A stretch of 64,000 nucleotides of DNA from Tubulanus polymorphus (Eukaryota; Animalia; Nemertea): positions 21,014,345 through 21,078,344 of the forward strand of contig NC_134028.1 of assembly GCF_964204645.1 (NCBI RefSeq), given 5' to 3'. Positions within the stretch are counted from its first letter, which is position 1, and each line of letters starts with the position of its first letter. A program made the translations under genes and the position numbers. The notes under the pieces were generated by a model, which was given only the letters and a program-made list of their open reading frames with translations, did no database searches and had not been told where the DNA came from. This document shows, piece after piece, positions 24,896-38,627 of the stretch.

Positions 24896-27800
24896 TTCAA
24901 CTACAATGAATATAAATTTCTAGATTTCCCTGATGTTTTTTTCAGCCGTTGTGAACTGCATGTATTTATAAACGTATTAAAGAGATTCTCTCTGTGATTG
25001 TGGACGGCTTCTCGCTTCGAAACTGTATAAACCCGGTTGTTTCTGGCGCTGCGCTCGATCTGATCTAGTCCGACAATATCGGCGGCTTAATATATCTGAA
25101 CGGATCGTAGTAATTTGCTCAATTGTTCGTGAACATGTGGAAGCAAAAAGCAGCCGGGTCCGACTGCCTAGCCTCGTGGAGCATTTCTAGTTTCGACAAT
25201 CGGTTGATAATCTAATCTGTGGAAAAGAAAAGCCATTGTTTACATCTCGTTAACGCGTTACCAGTTACCGGTTAGAAGATACTGTATTGTTATCATTCGT
25301 TTATTTTGTAAACGAGCTCAAGATCTGTGAAATATAAGATTCGCGTCTCCTATGGGTAACTATACGTTTTAGGTCGGTTATCATTGTATGATTTCGTTCA
25401 CTTCTGAAATCATGGATCTGACTCCCTGGAACTTGAAACATGTTTTGGTTTTTCGAGAAAAAAAAAATTAACAGCTTGCTACCACTTGTTTTGCAGTATT
25501 GATGAGATTACCATGATTAACGAAATCCACTGAATTAGCTGCTAACCATTCTACTATTGACTAATAAAAAAAAAAAGAAAAAACCTAGATATAGTTTTTG
25601 TGTTCCAAATTTTGCATTCCAAAGTGGACCCGTCGATTGTGTTGTTTATGTAATATACGGATTTTTGAGTCGAAGGGAATAATTATTTCTACTAGTTTTC
25701 AATGATTCGATGGAACTGTGAACTGTCGATTTCACCAGGCGTACTCTACCCAGTTAGTGGGTAATGCCATTATTTTAAGGACGTTAGTTTTCCGTTTGTT
25801 TTCCACGTATTTATGATAAAAACGCGCGCTCTGTTAGTAATTATTATTATACGCCTCCGTGTTAGTAACCTCTCTAATCATATGCCCGCGCGCGCTGGCA
25901 ACCGAACCGCTCCTATGATGATATATAGACATCTAGTCACGATCTATTTATTTATTTGATGTCGTGAGACAACGATTGTCGCACGAATAAACAAACAAGA
26001 CACGTCTTTTGTTTTTTCAATTGAGAGTTTTAATGCTGCCGGGCTTGTGTAAGTTAACCAACGTGATCATCTAATTATTGAATCCAAAGCCGATAAAAGA
26101 CATTCAAATAGATTCGATATAGAGTTACCTCAATGAAAGCCTTAGTTCGGTCATTACGTTGTATATAGTATATGTATGATTATTATTATTATTATTATTA
26201 TGATCGTGGTGATTTATCAGAAGAAATCTTGTAAATAGATATAAAAACCACCGAGGTATTAGAACGTTATTTTACCTTTGTGATCGGAATATTTTCATCT
26301 TTTCCTCGTAAAAAGTGCGTCCGTATTTGAATTCTCGCGCGAACGATTGGAAGCGTCATTAAAAACTTGCCATCGGATTACGTGTATGGAGTTGGGGGTA
26401 GGTGGAGAGGGGTAGTGAATGCAGACAGGTAGGGTCGATACATAGAAGCGTTTCACTTTGCGCGCGCGTGTTTCGTAAAGGCGCGTATAATTTTGCAAAT
26501 CATAAAACAAGGTTTATCGAATAACTGAGATGCACTGACCGGTAGAAACCATTTTGAAGGGCACGCTTCGTATACTGTCCGTAGAGTCTGGAGTCCGTAG
26601 TCATTCATTGTACATAATGATAAATAAATGAATGTGTGAATCTTGTATTTTATGTAAAGATATGTATGAAAACATTGATATTGTACGTAGTGTTATTGAT
26701 TGAATTGTCAGGAGCCGGTGTGTCCACCCGGGCACCCGCACGTGTGTATGACCAAGATCATCATCACGTACTAGTTATTATATGTACTACTAGCTTTCTA
26801 TGAGGTCTTGCCTGATCCATGAATTGGGGGGGGGTGCAGTCGCTCAAAAGTTGGTTAAAGAAAACCGGCGGATAAGTACCATAGTATCAATGAATTTTGA
26901 TTGTCTCTATATCAACTATACCCTGGTTAACTCTAAACGACTTTTGAGCGACTGCAGGCGTTAAATCTGCTGAAAGTGAGTTTCACATTCAGCTCAGGGT
27001 TGAATTAATTGTACTTACACGGAGGTTAAATAAACAATTTGCCGCATGGTTTTTAAGCATAGCACCGCCTCATACGATTAATATCTGATCTAATCTGCTG
27101 GCAGAGTTTTTTTTTGGGTGTGTAAAATAGAAACGTTCTAAATTTTCTCTCAGTTCAGTGTTCGTTTGTTTTGGTTTTTTTTCCGTGTCTAGGTTGTAAG
27201 TTGTTAGGGATGTGTATTTTGTAAATGTGTAATGTAATTCAAATGTTGATTCAACACGGTTTTTTTCGGCGAATGATCTTTAGGAGTGCAGTTAAACCCT
27301 CTTAATCCAGAGGAAATATTGATGAAATCCGTTTTATGAGAATCTCGTATAAAGCCGTGAGTTTCGACCGATGTGGACAGTGTGAACGATAGGTAATGCA
27401 CGTCCTCTATCGGGTGCAGTTTTCGTGAAACGAGTTAAAACTTGAGAACATAGGGAAAAAAATTAAACGGTCTTCGATTCGAACATATTCCGGTTTACCA
27501 ATAGTGACAATTTCCGATTACAAACTCTCTACCGGTCGCTTGTATCAGGTTAGCAGATTATACGCGAAGTTTATTCCGATTGAAACGAAGGCGCCAGAAG
27601 AGAATTCCCGAATCGAAACCTGCCTCAATTCAGATCATTTCCGACTGAAGAAGTTTTATTAGAATTCCGGATAAGTATCATAATTTACATACGTATATAG
27701 ATGGACGGTAAATAAATAAATTCCGGATTAGATCTGGATTAAGCTGGTTTGGCTGTATTTTACATCTGGTTTCAGATTAAAGTCTAGATTAGGCAGTTCG

Positions 27801-30464
27801 ACTGATATAATTCTGTATTGCCTATCCGTACGTATGACTGTATGGTATGATAATTGATAATTGTATACTGTTACCTTGTCGTATCCCTTTCTCCTCTTGT
27901 GTTTATTATTATATCGTTGACTCGTCCTTCACAATCAGGGGCGGGTCCAGAAGGCCTAAGCGGCACGCCCCCTCCGCCCTGCCCCCTCCCCCCCTGTTTT
28001 TGGCCAAGATAACCCGGCTTAACTAAGTAACATGAACAGGCAAATTACTGCCAGTCATTTTGTTCTAGAATCACTCGAGGTGCTCAGAAAATTATCCATT
28101 TTTTCAAAAATTTCTTTAGGACTCCCCAAACCCCCTTAAGGGCTTAGCGTCTACAGCACTTGCGTTCGTGTACCGCTTAGGGCTTCGATTTTTTGCCGCC
28201 CCAATTCAAAATTCCTGTATCCGCCCCTGACTATTGACATGAATTCATTTACACATCAAGTCTTTAATTCCAAAGTTCATGGCTATTTCAGGACCATTGG
28301 TATAATTATTGGGGAGAGCAGTTTAGATGAATCAAATTTTAGCATCGAGCCCGGGTCAGTTTCTCCTAGGTACAAGTTTAACCGTCGAACCGACGAACAT
28401 TTTATGATATTAGAATTTAAAAGTGCTGATTGGGTGCAATAAAATTGCTCTCGATCATTTCTCTCGTTTTTGGGAGCTATTTCATATCGTTTAACGCCTT
28501 TTTACGGAGAGGGGCTAGATTCAGTTAAGCCGCGGAGCCAGATATAAATATCAGTGCGTGCGCCGTGCGAGTCGATTAACATTATACATGTCGTGTAGTT
28601 CACTTAACTTCAGCTGTGTCCAGTGACGTCTAGTGTAAAAATTGCCGGATTTATTTTCTATTATCAATGGTTGATATAAATGTGTGTATATAATACTGAT
28701 AATGTACGTTGTACGATAGTTCATTACAACAAACTATAATGAGATGAATAATTGAATAAACATAATCTGTATGTATTAAATCTTCTCTGCGCTTCAGTCT
28801 TATATTTTTTCTCGGCCTACCGCTTGAGCGGTACTCGTGATCGTAGAATTGCCCTTCTACTCTTCCAAGTTCTGGTAGAAGTAATATAAAATGGCCAATT
28901 TGATTAATCGAAAATGGGTGAACTTCTAATTTCTTATGGATGATAACTGGTGTGTCATACTTTGTGGATGCGGAGACAAGGATCTGATGCCCCGAATTGC
29001 ATCTCAGGAGTCCTAAAAATTTAAGATTTTCTGCGATAATAGGTGCCATTCCACAGCTGAACAGTACCCAAAAACCTAGGCTAGATCCGTTCTGTATGGT
29101 TGAAAATTATCAATCGTCGCCGTAATGAAATATGTTCTGATTGTTGTGAATTCTTGGATACGACAAGGGCGAGATTTGTTTTAGGTGTTTGAAATGCTCG
29201 GTTTTTTCACAATCTATTTTTTCACGTTTGTCGATTGCGACATCCCCTGGAGAAAAAGCGTTGTAGACAGACACGAACCAACAACGACTCTCTGGGCCGC
29301 GTCTACTTCTATTTGTCATTTCTCGACGTTTTTTAACTCGGCCCCACGAATCGGTTTCTGACTCGTGATTTTGGAAGCTGTCTACACGGTTAACAGATCA
29401 GCGACCCGCAAATAAACAGGCCAATAATTCAACTAAAACTTTTTTGTTGATTATTCTGTGGTTGATTTGTGTCGCCGCGCGGCCGGGACTGGCTGATTGC
29501 TCAGAAAGCACTTCGACGATTTAGTGTCAAACCATCGCAATAACCTTCATGGTCAAGACTCACCCTGTTCATATGATTTATCTTTGTAACCAAAATAAAA
29601 AAATTGGATGTATACGATTGCGACCATTTCATTAAATTTAAAAGCATTAGCCGATTAAAAGGATATCAGCCTGCCACAGACTAACAATAGCGATCATAAC
29701 TGTCTAGTGCTGCCTCTATGTATAGCGATAGTGGGCCGGGAAAGCGTGTACTAATATTACTAGAGGCGAGCAACTCGAATCAACACGGATCGAATCGTCC
29801 ATTTATTTAAGCAAAGCGCCTACAACGATTTGCCTACAACGTCCATTTATTTAACCAAATCGCCAACGCGACGAAATCACTCGTCGAAGTGCTTTGATTC
29901 GATTTGATACGACAGTGTAGCGTTCGGCTATAGATCAAAAACAAAATGGCGGCTTTTTCAATCGCAGAAAATTCCGGTTCTGGAGAGTAGGGTCATTCTA
30001 TTTGTACCACGTGACAGTAATCGACGGAGCAAAGCGATTTGATACGAGTTGCTTAAATTAAAAACGCCTTTGCTTGCCAACGTCTTAGACGGCAGTAGTG
30101 GATGCACTATTTACCGATTTGCGGGCCGGATTCCGAGAAAAATCTCAATCTCTGAAACCAGCATTGAAACTACTCAACTCGCAGTTTTTCTTCAACAGGA
30201 TTAGTTTCCATGCATGTAGATCTGATAAAAAGTGAATTTTTATCGGCTTATTTCTATTTTACTTGGCGCCAGGATGATTGACGTAAAATGTTTTTCTCGG
30301 GGGTAAAGAGCCTTGAAAGCCACAAATGGCCCTGTGTCTAGATGACTATTTAAAATTCTTGTAACTTACGAGCAATTATCTGAACATAATTGCTCGTAGT
30401 TGTAATCGAAGGCGGTTGTATCGAGGGATGAACATAAAAATTTGTGGCGATGCTGGATTTTAGA

Positions 30465-30830
30465 AATGGCGGTGATGATGGAGATGGTGCCGGGACTGGG
30501 GAATGGTGGAGATGATAGTGGTGATGACCGGTAGCTACAATGCAGATGATGGCAGTGATTGGAGGTGATATTGGTGATGATGATGCAGAGATGTGACGGT
30601 GAAGAGGGGGAGATAGTATGATGGTAGTGATGCTGGTGATGGTATTATAGTGATAGTGTTGATGCTGGAGTACGGTATAGGTAGTGGTTGTGATGATGAT
30701 GCTAAAGGTTTTAGCGAAGGTGATGAGACAATGGTGGTGATGATGGTATAGTGATGCTGGAGAATGTTATGTAGATGGCGGTGATGCTGGAGAAGGTGAT
30801 TGTGGAGATGACGGAGATGGGGATGATGCC
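30465..30830. repeat. Low-complexity (GAT/GGT)n tract
   Basis: Degenerate gatggtgatg repeats; they explain the His/Ile-rich ORF 30535-30888. Confidence 0.8.
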
Positions 30831-31717
30831 AACCAGTCTCCCAGTGAATCAAACATCCAATCGACCAATCACCCAGATATTCAGTCACCCAGTCATCTGG
30901 TTAGCCTGTTCTCCCGTCGCCCTGTATACCGTTACCTTTGTACAGTCTTTGGGTCACGTCAAGATGAAGAACTAATGTATGTTCCGACACTCTTGCACTA
31001 TTACCGGCGTATTACATTGTTAACTACACGCAGGCCCGTAGGCAAAGGGGGTTACTTGGATAACTGGTAACCCCCGATTTGGCTGATAGTGCCTTCTATA
31101 CCTCTGCCACACTTTCCACGAAAGGGCACTTTCGGCACCTCAATCACAAAAAGGGCATATTAGAGGCTACCCTTTCCAGAAAAAGGGCACTTTTATTGAA
31201 GCAAAAGGGCAGTTTCCATGCATAGGATGGAATCAGAAAGCGCCCTTTTATATCCAACAACCCCCACTCTTTAAATCCTGCCTACAGGCCTAACACTTGA
31301 GCCGTTCACTCAAGCAATTAGACTGATTACTGATGAGCATTCAATGATTATTGGCGTTTGTAAACCAAGATGGGAATTTGAAGTCTACTATGTCCGCTCT
31401 TCACCTATATATGTTGCCTCTCGTAAAAGGTAATATCGGTTTGATATTGTACTCATAGTAACGGTTATATTCGTGCCTCATGGGTTCAAAATGCATATGG
31501 ATTTCTTGGTATAACACTAAAATAGTCAAACCGCCGAGAATATGAGAACACTGAATAAAACTGCATTCAACGCAAATCAATGAATTTACATGTAGTTTTA
31601 TAATAAAACCTGTCGTGTCAATCTAAATTTTTAATAATTGCCTGGTTTTAAAACCTTTGGAATATTCGCCAAATAAACACCACAATCCGTGTACACTGTA
31701 GATAAATGAGGAAATCT

Positions 31718-32225
31718 CACACTTCGAATTAAATTATACGATAGAATTTATCATTTTGAAACCACAACGTTTCAGCTGTTGATTAACATCATTCCACCTA
31801 CTGATGATGGCTGTCGAAACTTTTTGGTTTCAAAATAACAATTTCTATCGTATGATTTTAATTCGAAGTGTGCGATTGGGCAATTTGTCACACTTGTGAT
31901 CAGGAATTCAGTGTCAACAAATTCAAAATTCTAGACAAAGTTTCATCTGATCTCGACTGTAAAATTAGGGAGGCCCTGTTTATTAAAGCGCAAAGACCCT
32001 CTTTAAATCAATAATTATTTCAAAACGGCTCATCCTTTATCCTAAATGTATTCAAATAATTAGCTTGTAATTAAATACTTGGTTTGTAATTAGCTTAGAA
32101 TTTAGCACTTGTAATTTTGTAACTTGTTGTATATATAAACCTGTAGTTTAATCATTTGATTCACTTGTATTTCACATGATGAGGGGATATGATCCCGAAA
32201 ACGTTCGTGTTAATAAATCTTTACT
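31718..32225 (+). mobile_element. Penelope-like element relic (GIY-YIG C-terminus, inverted repeat, degenerate hammerhead motifs)
   Basis: Frame from ~31886 reads CHTCDQEFSVNKFKILDKVSSDLDCKIREALFIKAQRPSLNQ*; hairpin 31718-31871; ATGATGAGGGGATATGATCCCGAAAACGTTC at 32176-32206. Confidence 0.7.
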
Positions 32226-32802
32226 CATTAGAAAATGAGGTTTTTAGTGTTATCGCTTCTATGGTTATTCGGATACTTGAACTCTCTTCCTAAGATATAT
32301 TTCTTTTTGATTCGTCAGTCATGTCACGTGACTGTTGACGGTGAGTCTCCCCATTGATTCCCGTTAATAGATTGTTTAACCCTAGTATTCGCCTTCTCTT
32401 TTGTTTCTGTTTTCTTGCGTGCCAGTGTTACGTAGCCCTCTGGCATACTTGGGCTTTGTCGGGCCAGCACCGTCGTGTGGGGAGACTGTGGCCACTTTCG
32501 GTGGGTTGTTCAGCCAGCTCTCTGATTTGTAATGTTAACTTGTTGAAATTAGCAAGTTTGCAAAGTTATATAGCAGCGACTAAGCACCCCGCTGAAAGTG
32601 GCCAAATTCACCCCGTTTTTTGCCACGGTCACCACACGAAGGTAGGTATAATGTTTATGATATTTCTTGCATATGAGAAAAAGGACAGTAGGGGAGCTCG
32701 AAAAAACATTGACAGCCTATTCACGAATTGGAAGTATTCATAATGAGCCATTTTAGTCAAACCGCTCCGTAAAGAAGATTGAATCAAACTTGAAATCAAA
32801 AG

Positions 32803-33744
32803 TTATTTCAGCGAATTTCTACAGTGGATTTTCATACAGAAATATTCACGAATTTCTCGCCCCAGTAAAAGATATATATAGAAATTGACCACAAAGTTAC
32901 AAGCCAAGAATTGTGTGAATATGTCAAGTAGAAAATCTCTCTGTTCCGGTGAGATATGTAAATATACAATAATAGTATTTGGAAGTGTAAACATTGCAAA
33001 TGCGAGTGAAACTGTTACAAGCATTATTGTTGTACGTTTTGATTTTGTAGTTTTCTGATCAGATGAAACCATTTTTGAACCTCTGAATAACTGAAATATT
33101 ATAAAAGAATTTGATGTTATGATCAAAGTTAACGGTAAAATGTTAAAGTGGATGACGAATATGTAGAAAACTTTTATTTGATCAATCAACCGGAAGAAGC
33201 ATCCGAAAAACTGGTCGGTAAATTGTATCGACAAAGCAGGGCTGAGATATTGAATCAGCGCATTCACTGCCGTAATTATCAATATAGCAAATCTAGCGAA
33301 TCTCGGTGTACATATCAAACGAGATGTGAACGGGAAGAGTACAACTGCCGCACGTTCTAGAGTTATCGCTACAATGAACCACGAACTGCTGTTGCTCGCG
33401 AGTATCATTACAGATTCATAGATTTGACAACTGATCAGTGAGCTCATGATGAATATAGGACCATTAACGTGCAAGAGAACGAATTGTAAAACAGGCATCA
33501 GCGTATAGTTGATACAGTATATAGAATCACTAAGGGACAAAACGATAAGATAGTTAGCGTATGATAAACTTCGGAATCTAGGACTTAACATTATCAGGAA
33601 AGTAGCTGAATTTCCGAAGGCTCCAAACAGGAACACGATATGTAGAATTATCAGTGATACAGTACGGTAGATTCCAGCCTTGTTCACCAAGGACATAAGG
33701 ACGATGTAACTGTTGTATGGTCGACCGATTTTAGTTGAATTCAT
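32803..33744 (-). CDS. Intronless rhodopsin-class GPCR (peptide-receptor/chemoreceptor-like)
   Basis: 313-aa ORF with seven hydrophobic segments; TM1 GAFGN, TM2 LSLSD, TM3 Cys...SSWFIVAITLERA (DRY variant), TM6 FTLP, TM7 NFYIY (NPxxY variant); N-terminal NST sequon. Confidence 0.88.
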   Translation of the reverse strand: MNSTKIGRPYNSYIVLMSLVNKAGIYRTVSLIILHIVFLFGAFGNSATFLIMLSPRFRSLSYANYLIVLSLSDSIYCINYTLMPVLQFVLLHVNGPIFIMSSLISCQIYESVMILASNSSSWFIVAITLERAAVVLFPFTSRLICTPRFARFAILIITAVNALIQYLSPALSIQFTDQFFGCFFRLIDQIKVFYIFVIHFNILPLTLIITSNSFIIFQLFRGSKMVSSDQKTTKSKRTTIMLVTVSLAFAMFTLPNTIIVYLHISPEQRDFLLDIFTQFLACNFVVNFYIYLLLGREIREYFCMKIHCRNSLK

Positions 33745-35771
33745 GATTCAGAATAGATAACTGATGAACGCATGAATTGAATGTATGAATAGACTGACGC
33801 AAAATAAATTAAAGCCTTATTGTGTTGTTATTCATTGAAATTCACAGTTTATTGCTCGTATCAAATCGAAAATCAATTCTTAATACAATTTACTCAGATT
33901 TTGTGAAAGTTTCTTACATTGTGTAAAGTGTTGTATTCTCTAAAATACAAATGTTTCTAAATTAAATCATAAATATTCGTTGTATAAGAATTCATTGTAA
34001 ACGGTGAAATATCTTGTAGCAAAACCTGTGAACTGGTTGGAAATTGTTAGCGCACGTTCTAGGCTAGGTTAAAACAATATCACAATTCCCATCTATGAGT
34101 AGGACACTGTCACACCTGACTCGCGGTGCCGGAGGTTCCGAGTACGAACCCAGTGAACCCATCCATGATACTTTTGAAAGTAAAGAAAACACGCAAATAC
34201 GTTTGGAAAAGGATGGGAATACAGATAAACCTAACGGAAGATGTTCAGGCTGTATTGTGAAGTTTTAAAACTACCTGTGTTAATAGGTACAGCAGCAGGA
34301 ATTGGGTACATGGTCGGAGCTCCGTTTAGACGGTACCAGGAGCCCGTAAGATAGAACGAAGTAAACTTCCAGTTATCATAAAACACATCGTACTAATGAA
34401 CGTTTTGGCATTAAGCGGTCTCTAAAAAACCTCCATATTGGATGGTTTCAATTCTTAGGATTTTGTATTTTCAGGTTGGATATATGACGCGAGCGGCCAC
34501 ATTTCTTCATTTGAACTTTTTTTGCTATCAAACTACACTATGTAAAACCTCATTTCATGACACTCACTTGCCAATGTTTGATTGAATTGGCGACAGTTTT
34601 AGTAGCGATCAGTGTTCTGACAATGATACCATCCGTTCATTATCGAGTGCAAAATCTGGAGAAATTGGTCGTATTTGATAAGGTTTTCTGTACCGGTATC
34701 GCAGAGATGGGAAGAGTATAGCCGGACGTGAGAATGTATTTTATTTTGTGTTTATGAGAGAATATTTGCTAGTGGCTGAAAAGGACTTTCAAAGAAATTG
34801 TACATTGTGCCAACTTTTTAAAACTTTTCTGTAACTTTCCATCAGTGTCATTCTTTTTGATGTAATGAATCTTGGGCAATGTTTCATACAATGCGTTATA
34901 CAAGGTATATTTCTAAGGAAATATACTGCGAGAAATATACTGCGACAGGTGGTTTTGCAGTCATTGCAAAAATAAGATTAAGAGCCTCTAGAGATCCGGT
35001 AATGGAGGGAGAAATCACAAAGAATGTTCAATGAAGAGTAAAAGATCAGAAGTATGAAAATAATAAACGAGGAACGCTGTCGCTGTAACGAATTGTAAAT
35101 CTTCTTATATAGATTTAAACACTGCCATTTGGCGGCGGGAGGATGTGAATACTATAATAGTGAATAATGTAATAATCTGGATTTAACTGAGGCAGTTTGT
35201 GATTTACACATCATCGAACACATGTATTTATACTGTTGAGACCTGTACTGTGGGTGAGAAATAAACTAGACGTCTTCGAATACAGTCGTTTTGGCGTTCG
35301 TAATCTACCAGGGAATAGGCGTTTACAACGTCCCAGTAAATGAAAGTTGGCCTACGTGTAAAACCAATGAACATATACCGTATCATACAAATCGCATCGA
35401 ACCAGCATGAAATTTTCAACATAAACTTGAAAAAAAGAATCAAAAATTGAATGAAGTCACGATGAGAGAAGAGCAAACAGATCTAGTCAAGTGCAACATC
35501 GGCTCGTAATGTCGTATGAAAAAAAAAGAAATAAATTTGAGATTTAGAAACACTGAGTTAAATAACTAGATCTAATTTATCGCTTTCCAATCTAAATTGT
35601 CTAATCGTAGAATAAGAAAACTTCTTAAGATTATAGACAACCGAATTGCAAAATCGAAAGATAAGACGACTTCGCGCAAAACTACGAAATCTCGGAGCGT
35701 AGAAAAACTAAAAACTAAACTCAAATGTAAGATGGTTTTGCTTTTGAATAATTTGTTAGATACAAGATAAC

Positions 35772-37532
35772 AATAAACCATTTTACAGTTGCTAGCCGCC
35801 ATTTTGTTAGGGTACTTTTGCCCCGTATTGTTGGGTCATTTTTTTCCCTTTTTAAAAAACCCTCCGTGATGTGTATTGTATCATATTTCATCTGCCCATG
35901 GATGGATTTTGACAGTTTCAGCAACATTCAAACCGCATAAATCTCTAGTTTTCAGTTATGTAAAAATCATTTCTCAAATTTACAACAATGCGACATGAGA
36001 GCGATATAAAAATCGGTGGTCAGTTTTTGCCGTGCGCATAGAAATCAAGGGTACTGAAATTTGAAGTTCGTTATTTTCAGAAATAATTTTCTAAAAAATC
36101 AAAATATTGTAGCACTGTGCGCATAAACACCCCCTTTCAGGTGAACTTTGAAATTTTAAGATATCTTTCCTAGTTTTTTTTCCTATGGCACTTTAACTGC
36201 AGCGCGTGTATTGTCATTCCGAGATTCGGCGCTGTTTTCTTTGCGTGTATTTCAGTATATGGGTGTTATTTCTTCATTTTCACTACACTTGTCTCTACGG
36301 AAAATGGTTTTAATTGTTGGTACGAGTATCAGGTTTAAATATCACGTCGTTTATGCAATATAATAGGTCGAAGACATTAGAGATGTTGGGGTTTAAGGGA
36401 TTTTTCTGACCAGTTTTAGCAGCGAGACTGAGCGGCATTTTGATCACGCATTCGAAGTTGCGCGCGGGAAGAGAATATATGGGCCTATATTGAGATGGAA
36501 GAAGAAAAGAAATATATCACTCAAAATCGAGTATGATGACCATTTAAATCAGTAGTCTATCAATAAATTTACATTAAAATCTACTGAAATTAGATGGATG
36601 GAGAAGTGGTCAAAAAGCTGGACAAATGGGGTGGGGCAAATATTCAGCTACTTTCTATGAATACTTTGTATTAAGTACACACAAGATTGATTAGATTGGG
36701 AAGAAAATATAGGAAAATGTTTTCTTGTTTTGGTGGTGAAATATCAAGTATCAAGTTCGAATGTCAGACGCACGTGATAAAAAGTAAAAAGTGACATCTA
36801 CCATCACAAAAACGCAAGAAGTGTGTGGATTGCATTTACAACAAAAGAGTGATATTTTTGGGTTTTCTTGGGTGCATGTACGTAAGCCTCTGCCTGCCGT
36901 AAAAGCGGCTACCATTACAGCCATTACGAACTAGCGCCGGAGAACGGAATACAGTATTAATGCCGTAATATTTAAACCTGATACTCGTACCAACAATTAA
37001 AACCATTTTCCGTAGAGACAAGTGTAGTGAAAATGAAGAAATAACACCCATATACTGAAATACACGCAAAGAAAACAGCGCCGAATCTCGGAATGACAAT
37101 ACACGCGCTGCAGTTAAATTGCCATACGAAAAAAACTAGGAAAGATATCTTAAAATTTCAAAGTTCACCTGAAAGGGGGCGTTTATGCGCACAGTGCTTG
37201 AAATGTTTGGATTTTTTAGAAAATTATTTCTGAAAATAACGAAATTTCAGTACCCTGGATTTCTATGCGCACGGCAAAAACTGACCACCGATTTTTATAT
37301 CGCTCTCATGTCGCATTGTTGTAAATTTGAGAAATGATTTTTACATAACTGAAAACTAAAGATTTGTGCGGTTTGAATGTTGCTGAAGTTGTCAAAATCC
37401 ATCCATGGGCAGATGAAATATGATACAATACACATCACGGATAGTTTAAAAAAAAACGAAAAAAATGACCCAACAATACGGGACAAAAGTACCCTAACAA
37501 AATGGCGGCTAGCAACTGTAAAATGGTTTATT
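35772..37532. repeat. Large inverted repeat (arms ~35772-36346 and ~36964-37532, ~620-bp spacer)
   Basis: AATAAACCATTTTACAGTTGCTAGCCGCC... at 35772 is mirrored at 37532; mirrored ORFs 35721-35927(-) and 37377-37559(+) appear in the track. Confidence 0.9.
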
Positions 37533-38627
37533 CATATCAATCTATATATCCAGTATTGAGGTTTTTGTAATCGGGGATCTAAAAATAGCATTATTCGCGG
37601 AACGTCGATTCAGCAATTAATTTTTCCAAATTAGAAATTCCAAATTAAATTCCATTGAAATTCAAAGTTGATAGGCCTAAATGAAAAATAAGATACGTTG
37701 ATTTCTAAATAAAGATTCGTAATTCTCTTTGCTTGTGTTTGCATTACTGGGAACAATAAAGTATATTTGAACTTGAATAGAGCCCATCAGGTGATGGTTT
37801 TGGAAGACACCAGTAGGTTGGGTCATCTTAATATGATATGTTCCTGTGCTGTTGCAAAAAACCGATAATTGGACATATGGTCTATTTCTACCTGCTGTCT
37901 GCACCCTCTGTATACACCAACATTCTTCTAGTAGATCGATTGGATTTTTCACATTTCGTGTGACAGATCCGTGTGAGCATTTTGCAAGTACGTACCACGT
38001 TCTTCCTTAGGGTGTACTCTTTTATCAGATCGGAGAATCCGTTTGCCTCCAATTGGTCACGTGACTTTTTGGAGTGTCCAAAACCTCCTTTCTGTCGAGG
38101 TGGTGTGATTCGGATATTTTGTGTGCAGCCAACCGGAGATTTTGTTTGGAGACTTCGGTTCGGAGGTCATAAAAGAGTACGCCCCAAGAAAAAGATGAGA
38201 TACACTCGGTATCGCCCCTACGATATTGGCTTTCTTGAAACATTTTGTCGTCACTTCAGCAAAAGGACATAAAAGTGTTTCTCCGTCATCTTCTTTTGCA
38301 GCACTTTCTTTGCAATCCACAATCTTACGATCATAAGATTTACAACCACTGGTCATGTCAGCGGAAACCAGACCCACCGACAACACCAACACGGCTAATA
38401 TCACAAGAACCTGAATATGAATGGAATTAAATCAGATCATCTTAAACATCGTCTTTCATTAAATCAATTAGATTTTTGAAAGAGTCAACTTGAAGGTTTC
38501 AAAATAACGAGTTAATTACAGAATGATCAATATCTATTTCTGAATCGTGCCTATGTTCATTTGTTAATACATCGTGTTTATCAGTGCTTAAAGATTAGCT
38601 GTAGGATATCTGACACGTAACAGTATT

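Noticed and set aside
28651-29319. Two minus-strand ORFs (132 and 69 aa)
   Set aside because: No recognisable motif or splice structure; cannot be supported without a search.
30535-30888. His-rich ORF
   Set aside because: Low-complexity GAT/GGT repeat.
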